A DNA stretch of 61,680 nt, the filler included, from Hausera hauseri (taxonomy: Eukaryota): NCBI GenBank assembly GCA_046269625.1. It is 9 parts of 9 records of this genome, joined end to end, with 100 filler letters (N's around TTAATTAATTAA, not from the genome) between each part and the next. Parts side by side here need not be neighbours in the genome. Positions count along the whole stretch, not along the records: positions 1 to 5,873 come from JBJURY010176527.1; positions 5,974 to 10,445 come from JBJURY010564561.1; positions 10,546 to 16,725 come from JBJURY010128984.1; 6 more parts are not named here. The stretch is one strand, 5' to 3'. The position numbers were made by a program, and so were the translations under genes. Positions 1 through 11,059 of the stretch are shown one piece after another (the stretch's first letter is position 1; every line of letters starts with the position of its first letter). The notes beneath the pieces were generated by a model that was given only the letters and a program-made list of their open reading frames with translations, ran no database searches and was not told the DNA's origin.

Positions 1-1218
1 GTCATTAATATTGATCGAATAATAAGTTCGACATAGTCTTCCTTTGATAGATAGTATCCATTCTCCAGTTCATTAATAAATCGGACACAATCAATTTTAC
101 CACTGCACATTTCCTTTGTGAGCCGTTTAATTTCAGCTTCTATTTCCTAAGTATATAAATAATTTCACACAACAGATTTAAAATCATACCATTTGTCGCA
201 CAAATACAACGCCATGATATTTTCAAGGCCTTTATTTATACCGACCACCAAATAAGGGGTGGGAATAGTGAAACCACGACTGCGCCAGCTTTGTTCCTGA
301 TTGGTCAGTTTTCCGCACCCCGCGATGATGTGTTCTCCTCCCATTGGCCACTTTTCCTTACCCCGGTGACGTGTTCGCCTCCCATTGTGTTCCTTCCTTC
401 CATGGGGGGGGGGGGGTTGGCGCGAAGTCCTCACTTCCATCTACTACCGCTGTCATTTTTCCTGTTGGATCTTGAAGGATCAGTGCTTCGAAAGGTATAT
501 CTATTTTTCTGTTTCTGCTTCTTAAATTCATTTTCACTCTTTCCCTTTTCAATTCAAAACTGATTTTCCTCCCACCACCGTAACAGACACATTCTCTTGG
601 CTTCCGTTCAGTTTTAGCCATTCCGCAACCGAAAGTTTTGAAACGTATGAAACATTCAGTACTTTCATCATCTAATAACATTCATACCTTTACCTCTCGA
701 TTTTCTTTTGTAACGTATAGAATATTGCTTCTTGTTTATTAAATACATTTTCTCTTAGCGATGACTCGTGGACAAAACGACACCCTTCTTCATATTTGCA
801 ATTTCTATTTAGATAATATTTGCAAATTTGCGTCATATTTTTTCTTTCGTTATTGTGCGAATATTTGCAATTACTTCCAAACTTACAAGTTCCATGTTTC
901 TCAAATTCTCAACATATTTGTTTTTTATTCAAATCTTTTGGTCTAGCACTGTTTTATTTTTCCGCAATTTTTGTCTATATAAAAACTCTTTTGTGTTTCT
1001 TTCGTGTGTACACGGTCCCTGAACGGTTCATGGACTTTTTCTTGGAAGGAAAAATGTTTTTAACTTTCGGATAATTTCCGTTAACCATTTGACGGAAATT
1101 ACGTCCGTTTCTAATTTTCACCAAAGGCAATGAATTATTTTTGGAATAGAAACATTGATACCCCTAAATGTTTCAATTTTGTTCATTCGTATTCATGTTT
1201 TCACTTCAACCCAAACCT

Positions 1219-2346
1219 TTAATTCTTTAACTGTTCGATTTGGTTTTTTCTCAATATATACCTTTTCCATAATAAGACTCCCAACTCAGGAAGTTTCTCC
1301 ATTACACTCTGGTACAGTAACCCATAACATAATTCTTCCTTTCTTCCCAAATTTCTCAATCTTACCGTTATGCCGTCCAACAATGCAACGAATCGGTCTA
1401 AACCCACGATGTCTTTTTCCCTTACCGGTTTAAAACGTATCACTTCAGTCATAAAGTCGGCATAACACCGTTGCTCTCCTCCGTAATAAGAGTAAAGTTT
1501 TCCCATTGCAACATTATAGCCTACTTCTGACAGGTCGAAGTTCTCGACTAACCTCCTCGGTTTTCCGTATAGGCATTGATTTAATTGCAATTGCTTGTAG
1601 ACATCGGACATTGACGTCTTATGAAAACAGGTATCAAATGTCCTCCTCCATTTATCATACTCCGTGACTATGCCGCCAAACTTTGGAAGTTCCAACTTCT
1701 GCAATTTTGGCAATATGACCTTTTTCCTCTTACAGTTATCCGCGCCTCTTGTATTATTAATTGCCGCTTTGCTTTCCTTTAAACTTCTTTCATAGATAAC
1801 TATGTTAATCTTTTCGTTTTGTTCGTCCAGCTTCTCTATTTCATTTTCTAACAAAGTAATGCTTTCTTTCCTTTTTAGTTTCCTTGCAGCAGTTGTTAAA
1901 ATACAGAGTTCTTCTTGTACACTCGAAAAGATTTTCTCGTAACTTTGATGGAATACGTTATAATCATGCTCGCTCAAATTAACATCCATCAATCTTCTTC
2001 GAATCAAAGTCAATTCATTTATGGGTCTCCGTCGCTTGGCAATGCGCTCTTCGAGTTCGTCCGCTGTTATTTCACTTCCTCCCTTTAGATAAAACGTTAC
2101 GTGAAGTGTTACACAGTGTCTTAGGTTTTTCACTGCTCTGTCGGTCCGTAGCGACTTTCCGGCATGTAGTAGATTAAATTCCTCGTTTATTTTTAAGATT
2201 TTCTTTATAGTCACCTTTAGATCGTAATATGACTGAATTTCGGCCAATTCTACCACAAAATTACGTCCACCACAACGAAAAATAATCTGTTTTCTTATTT
2301 CTTCAGTTTGGGTAGCTATATCCTTGCTTATTTTCCTTTTATTCAC
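1219..2346 (-). CDS. BEL/Pao-type gag (DUF1759-like) with N-terminal ubiquitin-like domain; probably partial or degenerate
   Basis: KLQKLELPKFGG..EYDKWRRTF..SMSDVYKQLQLNQCLYGKPRRLV is the Pao gag signature; 2077-2289 reads IIFRCGGRNFVVEL..DLKVTIKKIL..FNLLHAGKSL..TLHVTFYLKGG (ubiquitin pattern ending in GG); GTG start, no pol downstream. Confidence 0.75.
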   Translation of the reverse strand: MNKRKISKDIATQTEEIRKQIIFRCGGRNFVVELAEIQSYYDLKVTIKKILKINEEFNLLHAGKSLRTDRAVKNLRHCVTLHVTFYLKGGSEITADELEERIAKRRRPINELTLIRRRLMDVNLSEHDYNVFHQSYEKIFSSVQEELCILTTAARKLKRKESITLLENEIEKLDEQNEKINIVIYERSLKESKAAINNTRGADNCKRKKVILPKLQKLELPKFGGIVTEYDKWRRTFDTCFHKTSMSDVYKQLQLNQCLYGKPRRLVENFDLSEVGYNVAMGKLYSYYGGEQRCYADFMTEVIRFKPVREKDIVGLDRFVALLDGITVRLRNLGRKEELCYGLLYQSVMEKLPELGVLLWKRYILRKNQIEQLKN

Positions 2347-2663
2347 CTTTTCTATGTCATTATGTTTCCATTTCGTTTGTAATTCTGGTTGTTAAGGATC
2401 ATCATTTTTAATGAGGTCCTTTATCCTTCTTGATTTTGTATCATTAACTTTTTGCTCCATGCCGCTCCTTTTAACTTGATCTCCAACATCTCCACATTCC
2501 GAATATTGAAAATCTTCCTGAAATACATCCAATAGTTTTGGGTCACTCATGTCGAATGGGGACCTTTTAAAATATTTTCTATTCGTGTCAGTTGTCTACA
2601 GTTTTGTCCACTGATGTCTGTTCTCTATCAACTTGGAGACATAGACATCAGAACCTCTTCCTT

Positions 2664-3824
2664 TTAAATATCTATCGCCCTCGGCGCAAGATTCCGTACT
2701 CCCGATTTTAACGTCGCCTCAGTGAAATAGTCATGGTGTTCCATTTTATTTACTTCGCCATAACTCCTCACCATGCATATTTCACATGAGGTTCCCGCTT
2801 TCATTTCAATATTTAAACATAAAGAACAAGGTCCGAAAGCGAGGAGACGGACATAAAGACACTCAAAGACAACTGCATTACATGGTTTGTGTGTGCGGAT
2901 CAAGGTGCAGAGCACAAACCACGCTCTGCTACCATAAAATGGAAGATTTAAAACGGAATGATAGGATAAAATATGTGTATCTTCGCTAAAACGGACAGTT
3001 AGCATATGACTTAAATTCTCCTTGGACACAATCCTTATCATCTTTTCCCTGGGCCCATTTTTATTTTCTTTTGATATATGTACATTTTTATCCCCTGTCG
3101 AAAGTCCTTTCCTCTTATTCCCCACTCTGTCAATATGTACATCTATGGACACTTCGTAACTCTGTGTGTCTTTTCTTATCTTGGGCACCCTTGAGTTAGC
3201 CCTGAGTTTCATATATCTCAATATATATAATCCCATATGTTCCCAAGACCCTTTATCGAATATATAGAAATACGAAAAAACATTTAACTTAAAATTTTCA
3301 ACATACCTAGCCATTGTTTTCGGAGTGCTGCTCTCCGGGGGAATTTCTCCACCATTAACTTTGTGGTTCCAAACAAACACACGGATTTTAGCATACATAC
3401 ATTCGCGCAAAAACATCACACAACCCCTGGCAGGGTCCATCATACCAAAAAAACGAAAATAACCAATAACGATATTATTTACACAACTCTCTAATACCTT
3501 TAAAGTCTCTGACAAGATCAAAGGTCCTTCGGCGAACGTGTCCTCTTTCTCTGTAATCGGTGACACAGTTCTTTCACCAATTCTCTTCGACAAATTATCT
3601 AGAATTTGTAGCCAACTCTCTGACCTTTGATGAAACTCGATCTTGGGTAACAAATCAAAGTCGTTCATTTTCGATACATTTTTGTCTCTAACTTCAAACG
3701 TAAAAACACCAGTGGACTTCCATTTCTGTATTAAAATTAAGCTTTGTATATTTTCCAATTTAGCTATAATTTCATTTAAATCACGACCATCCAAAGAACT
3801 GATATCCTTAAATGAAGCAAACAC
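2664..3824 (-). CDS. Uncharacterised 386-aa ORF, likely part of the same decayed retroelement region
   Basis: Long open frame on the same strand upstream of the Pao gag; no recognisable motif. Confidence 0.3.
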   Translation of the reverse strand: MFASFKDISSLDGRDLNEIIAKLENIQSLILIQKWKSTGVFTFEVRDKNVSKMNDFDLLPKIEFHQRSESWLQILDNLSKRIGERTVSPITEKEDTFAEGPLILSETLKVLESCVNNIVIGYFRFFGMMDPARGCVMFLRECMYAKIRVFVWNHKVNGGEIPPESSTPKTMARYVENFKLNVFSYFYIFDKGSWEHMGLYILRYMKLRANSRVPKIRKDTQSYEVSIDVHIDRVGNKRKGLSTGDKNVHISKENKNGPREKMIRIVSKENLSHMLTVRFSEDTHILSYHSVLNLPFYGSRAWFVLCTLIRTHKPCNAVVFECLYVRLLAFGPCSLCLNIEMKAGTSCEICMVRSYGEVNKMEHHDYFTEATLKSGVRNLAPRAIDI

Positions 3825-4606
3825 ATCTTTTTCACACCATTTTCAAATTCTGATATATTTTTTTACATATTTTTTCATCATTAAATCGTGTTTTAGTTTC
3901 AGAAATTCGCTGAGATATAGACATAGAAGACATCTCCAACGTTTTAAATCCCAAATAAACCGTTTCATAATTTTGTATTTGTTTCTGTAAATAAAACAAT
4001 TGGGACATTTTTGATCGTCTATGTTTCTGAAGCCTCTCCTGGCCCAAATTCCTCATATTTTTTGGGGAGGAGCTAGAGGCATAGCCCTCGAATTTGTCCG
4101 CATCTACTGGTACCTTATTTTCATTATATTTGTCAGTATTTTCAACGAAATTTGACGTTTTTGATTTTGTCCATGACAGGACTTTACAATCATACATTAC
4201 AAATTTTTCCAATTATAAATTCAATTTATTCTGTCAATAATAGATAATTATTTCCTTGGCATTCATTGCCATTTACATCTGTATACATTCCCATATACAC
4301 ATAATTATACATCAATATTTACATATATACAATGACCCATATATGGTTGACGTAATAGGGAAATACTCTGGGGATTTTGGATGGTTGATGGTGTTTATTG
4401 TGAGTGGAGATGGAACGGGAATGGATACAGAACAACTGCTGGTATTATTATTATTAATTGCTGCCATGAGATGTTTTGATGTGACGACTTAAATTACCAT
4501 TCGTCGTAAAGATTTTCATGCAATGTGAATTATCAAATTGCAGTCCTGTATAGTTTTCCCAACTGTTCAGACTGACATTCATGGAATTTTGTCTTGAATT
4601 TGAAGT

Positions 4607-5139
4607 CTGCATCGGGGTTGACTCAGCTGAGAGAGCGGTAAATCCAACGATGTCGCTGAAATAAATAGAAACCATTTCGAAACTTCCAGCTGTTACTGTT
4701 TCATTGCGAATGAGCTGTCCAGCAACTGATTTTGGCAGCATGGAGTATAATAAGTCTTCTGTTTTTCTCTTTTCTTCCAGATATTGTTCTGTTCTCTGAT
4801 TAACTGATTCCTCTAAATTGTTTGCGTATTGCTCCATTCTCGACAGGAGATTGTCCAATATATTTCCACTGTCTCCACCTTTGTTAAAAATCTCATCATA
4901 TTTTTTATCGTTCTGAAATCCGGTCTAACACTTGGATCTTCTTGCCAAGCTTGCCGAATAATTTTACATAAATCTTCAGAACACGATTCTTCTTCTCCAA
5001 GAAGTGGTCGGAATGATTTCGCTAAAGATTTTTCGACACATTCAACAATATCCTTTGGTTCCATAACCCGTTCACCCAAATAAAATACCCCTTTCCGATA
5101 AACAACTTCTTGTCAAATAATTCCAAAACTATACACATC
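4607..5139 (-). pseudogene. Receptor guanylyl cyclase (NPR/GC-A-like) fragment: end of kinase-homology domain, hinge and start of cyclase domain
   Basis: DVYSFGII*QEVV...[11 protein letters not shown].../[19 protein letters not shown]...[20 protein letters not shown]...[22 protein letters not shown]; one stop, one frameshift, no introns. Confidence 0.9.
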
Positions 5140-5873
5140 GCTTTTGTTTCCTCATTACATGGAACTCAGTAATTTCATGCCACGTTTTCTTCATCAAACA
5201 TAAATTATGATGGTTGATCACCATTGCCATTTTGGCTTTGATTTCTTGTTTGTATGATTCCTCTAATCTGGGAAGATTAATTAATTCGGGAACAGTGTCA
5301 TCCATCATGCAATTATAAAACAATAGTTTTGTAAAACCCGTCTAACGGCTTTCAACTTCTCGGTGAACCATGGCCATTCTCGCTCTCCCAGTTTTCCGAA
5401 TCCTGCCAGGGATCATGCATCCATTATTTTGCACACTCATTCAACTATCTAACCTTTAACAAACCAATTTTTAATACAATTATCATGCACAATGCAACCA
5501 ACATGTAAACACACATACATTTATACATATTTATACACACCTATATATACACTATATACATCCCCTACCCCTTTATCTTTCTAATGCTTTCCGGATTACC
5601 CAACTAGTCAGTCGGGTTCCAACAGAGAATGAACCAGATTGGGATGCATATTTAGATGCCATGATGGCTGAAAACCCGAAAACTGCAGTACACTTAAACG
5701 AAACGGAGATACGCTCGCCAGAGCAGAAATTCTTCGTAGAAATGCTCTTAGACCCGGTACAGACTGAAAAGGAACTATTTAGGCTAATCAAGGTGGACCT
5801 CACTGAAAAGCAATTAAGACGGTGGGTTCCCACTTTAACCAAATTGGCCAGCGAAGGTACAGTTTACAATGCC

Positions 5874-5973
5874 NNNNNNNNNNNNNNNNNNNNNNNNNNN
5901 NNNNNNNNNNNNNNNNNTTAATTAATTAANNNNNNNNNNNNNNNNNNNNNNNNNNNNNNNNNNNNNNNNNNNN
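5874..5973. other. Artificial contig linker (N44-TTAATTAATTAA-N44); also at 10446-10545, 16726-16825, 24278-24377, 28478-28577, 35142-35241, 42283-42382, 49406-49505
   Basis: Identical 100-nt N-padded six-frame-stop spacer repeated eight times; adjacency across linkers has no biological meaning. Confidence 0.98.
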
Positions 5974-6059
5974 ACTTTATGGATCGATAGTGCACAGTGT
6001 GCACTATCGATCGGCACATGTGCAAAATCGATTTATCGATTACCCCCCCCGTGGGACCG

Positions 6060-7020
6060 AAAGCACATTTTCTCACTACTCTATTTCTATTTCTAAAACA
6101 TTAATATTAGTGGCAAAAATATGTTCTACCCTACATCTAGTCACTTTTTTATTTCCGATAAGTCTTACAAAGTCTTTGATCTTCGTGGATATCATAACTG
6201 TTGGTGTATCTATTTGTTCTAATTTATCTTCTTCATTCTCACTTTCAATATTTCGTCGTGCGAATGGTGTACTGAGTCGTATTCCTCTGGTTACGTTAAA
6301 TTTTACCTTTTTAAGAAGGCTAAATTACATTCGACCACCGCTGCAGTCCAAGTAATAATGGAATAAGTAGGTCTACAGTACTCAGTACCGTACTCACAAT
6401 CTGTTTTAACCATCAATTGTTTTAATTCCACATCAAATGAAATATCCTCTTCAATAATAGTTAATGTTTACAATGCTTATACAACAACTCTTGCCACACC
6501 AACCACTGTGTTTCCACAACAATCTCCGTTAACCGTAATAGAGCCTTCCTCATTGATAGTGTGATAATTTATAGCGTTTACGGCCGCTGCTATTTCAACT
6601 TTGTTATTTATTTTTAATTTTCCCATTTTCATCGCATCTCAGCATTGATCCATGCCATTTATTTATTTGCTTAGTCAACTTACATTCAAGCGCTTTCATT
6701 CGTATAAATCTATTTTCTTGGTACATCCTATAATGTTTAGTGTCTTTAAATATAAGTTTATCAGGTCTCGCATCTGGACATTTTTCTAGGTGTAAAAGGG
6801 CGTATGAGTCTCCAACAGTCGGATAGTCACAATTATAGGCTCGAAACGCATAAGTTCCCTTATACAAAATTAGGAGAAGTATAATTAGCCAGGTTAAATC
6901 AGTACTTCCTGTTCTATGTAATGTACCACTAAATAACCCTTGAGCTCTAGTAAACAGTTCAGAAAATCCATGTTTTCCTTGATCATTTTTCCTGCTTCCT
7001 AACTCTAGTAATTTATTTTC
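6060..7020 (-). pseudogene. Decayed chuvirus-type glycoprotein N-terminal half, homologous to the glycoprotein at 52141-53984
   Basis: LTWLIILLLILYKGTYAFRAYNCDYPTVGDSYALLHLEKCPDA..MYQENRFIRMKALEC aligns with IIQILLITSLLMPKAVGIVAYDCSKPSEGQKYSLVDLEKCPEA..VYQESEFIKAKVREC; later CEYGTEYC vs CEYDNGEC and LLKKVKFNVTRG vs LLKEGKFNKTVG; stops and frameshifts. Confidence 0.85.
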
Positions 7021-8350
7021 GATTGTTCAAGGTTTATCGAAACTGAATAAATCATTGCATCCTCCAATTCGGTTTATATCTGAAGATATGTGTTTAAAGT
7101 TCTTCGCCTTGTTGATGGAACTTTTAATTAAAAAACTAAAAAACATGTAAATACAGTCGAATAAAACGTATAAAACAAAAATTGGAAAGGCCAAATAATA
7201 ACGAGAGTAACTTTTTTTAATTTCTCGTAAATCATTCGCGAGACGTACGAGTCCTCGGTTGAGCAGAAGGCCGGATAAATCCTGGGACTTCGGCCTGGAC
7301 AAGTCGGAGCGTCGTCCGAACTTGAATACATTGGTGCGGGTTTCGGTCGTGTCGCCTCTAAGCGGCGTCTGCGACACGGGATTGGTATGTCATCATAGCT
7401 CAAACTTTGCACCCTTAGTCGTAGAGTTCATTCCGCTTGAATAGTGGGGATCAGATAGCTCTCGAACGGAACCAGTGATTTGAACAAGAAATCGACGGCA
7501 GCCATCAATTGAATAAATATCGGTGTAAACACTGAGGAGTTGAAAAGTCTCCTCGTCTCTCAGTCGGCGTAGAACCTTTGGAAGTGACTCGTCGGTAGAG
7601 AATACTGATCATAGTCAGGTAGTTTGCTAAGGTGCCGCACGAAACGGCTACGCTGCAGCAATTCACGCACCGTTTGATAATCCGAGTAAGATCGGTGCGG
7701 AGTTTAATAGTCCAGGATGCGGCATCGTCTGCTAGGGGCATCTTTATTTCTTTGTCTCAACCTTTGGTCGTTTCGACCGGCGGGATGTGAATCGCCGCTA
7801 ACCAACTGCTCATTGTGTGGCCTATTGTTGAGTGGTTGATCGTTTTCTCCAGCGTGGGCTGGTCAAAGCACCTTGGGAATTCGGTACTCCGGAATGGGTT
7901 GAATTTTCTTTCTGACATCCGAGCGTCTGGTTGAATTCGGGAGATGGCGACATCGGCTTGGATGGTCTTCGCACCTTCTTTTATAATGGGCTCACCGGGT
8001 TTCGATATCCTGGTTGCCGACATCTGGTCCTTTTAGAGAGTTTCCAGTGCTTCTGGCATGTTTTTCATTTTTTGAGTCGTTGTTCTGTTTTTTTACTCTG
8101 CATATTTTTTGAATAAATAACAACTGGTTTTAAACTGTAGATTTAAACAAATGAATTTAAATCCACAGATTTTTGTTGTTAATCACAATGTGCTGGTCAC
8201 TTTGGCATTTGCGATTCTCCTCTTTTGATTCTGCTATCTTTATTTTTGTATAGATGAATTCGTATTTCCCTTAATGAAAATGCTAAGAAATTTTAGAATT
8301 TTTAATTAGGATGAATCCGTGATATTGTCGATTGTTATTTTATAATTTTG

Positions 8351-9237
8351 TTAATAGTATTTGTTGTAAGGCGGAACCTTACAATGTGTTTTTAAATTTT
8401 CTATGGCTATATCGAAACCATTATCTCTTTCTTCTGTTGTATTCGTCGAATCTCTGATACTCATTGCTAAATAGACTAAAATAGTGATAACTCTATCCTT
8501 AGTTAAACCTCCTGTCTTAATCCACTTTTGTATTATTTTCCTATCTTGGGTAGAATCTATTCGTTTTGGCAATTGTTCATTTCTCACTGTCGTTTCTAAC
8601 CGAAACAATGTTCTTTTTATATGATTTTCTATATCAGGATTGAATGGCTCATTGATTAATTTTTCACTTTCCACTGGAAATAAAAGGCTGTAAATTTTCC
8701 ATAGAATTGGTCTACATCGTCTTGTCTCTAAATCCATTATTCGCATTTCACTTTTCCTTAATGCTTTGGTTAATGTATCAACTTTAACGTGCTCCCAAAA
8801 ATTTTTCTTGGGCGACCTTGTGGTCGCTTATCAGTTTGGGTTGTTTCTTGTCTTGATTAGAGTATATTTAGTATATATTGTACATTAGTTGGATTTATTA
8901 AATTTGGTTGTTCAGTTTTGTGTAAGATATCATCGATAACTTGACTTTTTTTCACAGTCAATCCTTCTGCACAAATTATTTGTTCAGGGACTGGTTGGTC
9001 GATTTCCATATCTTCTCTCGGAGCCGGAGTATGCATTTCCTCTTCAATCTCTAACCGTCTAATAGCCTCGTTTGACCCCAACACATTCACGATGCGCTGT
9101 TCTGGCTCTCTTTGCTTTAAATTATTTCTGTCTATCCAACTGTTTAAATGTACTATGACACTTTCAGTTAGATCTATCCCATCTATAATTCCTAATTCTA
9201 TCCATGACTTTTCGTAATTTAGGGCAGTACGATCCAT
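8351..9237 (-). pseudogene. Remnants of the gag-extension (pre-glycoprotein helical region) of a relative of the 49506-61680 element
   Basis: IQKWIKTGGLTKDRVITILVYLAMSI resembles LEKMFATGITREKARTAISYLIYKI; same strand and same order relative to the glycoprotein remnant. Confidence 0.55.
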
Positions 9238-9249
9238 AAATGTTACTCA

Positions 9250-10245
9250 TTTTATTTGAATATTCTCATCATCGTGTTGCATCATTATTGCTTCAACAGC
9301 TGTGAGCATTTGTTCATTAACATTTACGGCAATTCGAAGTTCGCTAATTTTATTTCCATATTTTCCTGCCTTCGGTGCTATATATTGACGAAATGGACAG
9401 TTGCCTCTAAAGGATACAAGACGTTCATCAACCATTAGCTCTGCATTTGGATTCATCATTGTTTTACAATTGTTGTATATAAATTATACACTTCTTGTAC
9501 AGCTGCCAACTTGTCAACAGCTTGTCAATTTTGTTTGTCTCTGTAGTCATCAGAGCGTAGAAATTTCTTTATCTCTTTGAATCTTTTGCGGCTCATAATT
9601 GCTGTAAAAACTGGACTACGCTGTTTCAGATGTAGTACACATATCACCGGCTGTTTTTTTTCGACGGTGAAAAACACCATTCAGTATCATTAGTCCTAGA
9701 AATCCGTATAGTTGCTGTTCGTAAATGTCGTTCCAAACTTGTATATTTGTTGGATTGCCATTGTTCTAGCGAATGTAAATATCTTTAGCTTTTTTATTAG
9801 AGACAATGAGATGCATTATTTCTGGAGTGACAAATAATTTGAAACATTCGGAAATGGTTCCTGCACCACTTGCTACCTGTGACATTCCTGGCTGAATTAG
9901 AAAAATGTTTGCAATGGTCTTTGTCTCTACCTGGTGAATTTTGAACTCTATACTGGTCTCGCTGTATCATCAGTATTATCTTCTGAATCAGAACTTTCAA
10001 CAGACGACGTCGGTTCAACGCATATGCATAATCTTCATAGTTGAATATTTTAGTTTCATCACTGTCGGGATTGCCATCCGAATCTGATATATTGATTAAA
10101 CGTAAAGTTTGAGTAAAGTTATATGTCTCCAGTACTAATGCCATAATTAGGAAATATTAAATGTTTTTTATATCTGAAGAAAAAACTGCATTGTATCACA
10201 ATAATTTATAATTCAGTACCTTATTATATGTTGGCCATTGGAGGG
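9250..10245 (-). mobile_element. Degenerate piggyBac (PGBD4-like) transposon, 5' part
   Basis: VDERLVSFRGNCPFRQYIAPKAGKYG and IMSRKRFKEI motifs; terminus TTAA-CCCTCC on the minus strand (TTAA at 10246-10249); a second TTAA-CCCTT end starts at 10259. Confidence 0.85.
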
Positions 10246-10745
10246 TTAAATATTTTCATTAACCCTTTCTTTACTTGCGAGACTTCAAGTCCCAGTGGTA
10301 AATTGCGATTAAAAATCGATCTAGACTTCTGTACGGTCACTTTACCAGCGGGACTTCGTGGTCCCAGTTGGAGGAATGTGATTTATTGAACGAATCCAGT
10401 TTTGATTTCGTATTTACGACTGATATTCCTGTCAATCACGGTGTTNNNNNNNNNNNNNNNNNNNNNNNNNNNNNNNNNNNNNNNNNNNNTTAATTAATTA
10501 ANNNNNNNNNNNNNNNNNNNNNNNNNNNNNNNNNNNNNNNNNNNNGCCCACATCAGAAAAACAGCCGTAAGTGGACAGATCTCATGAATGATTTCTTTCT
10601 TTACTGAGTGGCGTTTAAAGAAAAGAGGCTTGGCCAGATCAAATTCACCTTAAAGAGATTGAAACACCAAGTGTTGTCAGCGAGCAGGTCCGGTCCTTCT
10701 GACGATTCTTTACTTTTAATCAACATGTTCGTCCGCTTTCCACAG

Positions 10746-10848
10746 GACGTCTGACAGCTGCCACACTTCTCCCGTCACCACGCCTCTCATTCTGTACGAC
10801 GGGTCAGAGGAGGAGCTGATGGACACCATCGAAAGAGAGTTCAGCTGA
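10746..10848 (+). CDS. cys1: Probable terminal coding exon of a teleost cystin-1-like gene
   Basis: Acceptor ttccacag, then TSDSCHTSPVTTPLILYDGSEEELMDTIEREFS*, matching my recollection of the cystin-1 C-terminus (YDHSEExLMASIEREY); flanks 10546-11058 are GC-richer and fish-like. Confidence 0.55.
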
Positions 10849-11059
10849 CAGGTCAGCTCAGCACACTGCAGCAGAGCCGTACCCGCTGGTTTCAACATGA
10901 GAAACTTGGATCCAGCTCAAACAGAACTCCTGACTGTTGAAGTTGATGGAGCTGTGTGTCTGCAGCATCAGAGGCCAAACAGAACCCTGAGCGGATCAGA
11001 ACCTGTCCAGGAGACTCCTATCGGTTCTGAACAGGTTTTGGACTGGTCTGGTTCTGAAT

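Noticed and set aside
5982-6012. Perfect 15-bp-arm palindrome
   Set aside because: At a contig edge, probably a MITE fragment; no supporting context
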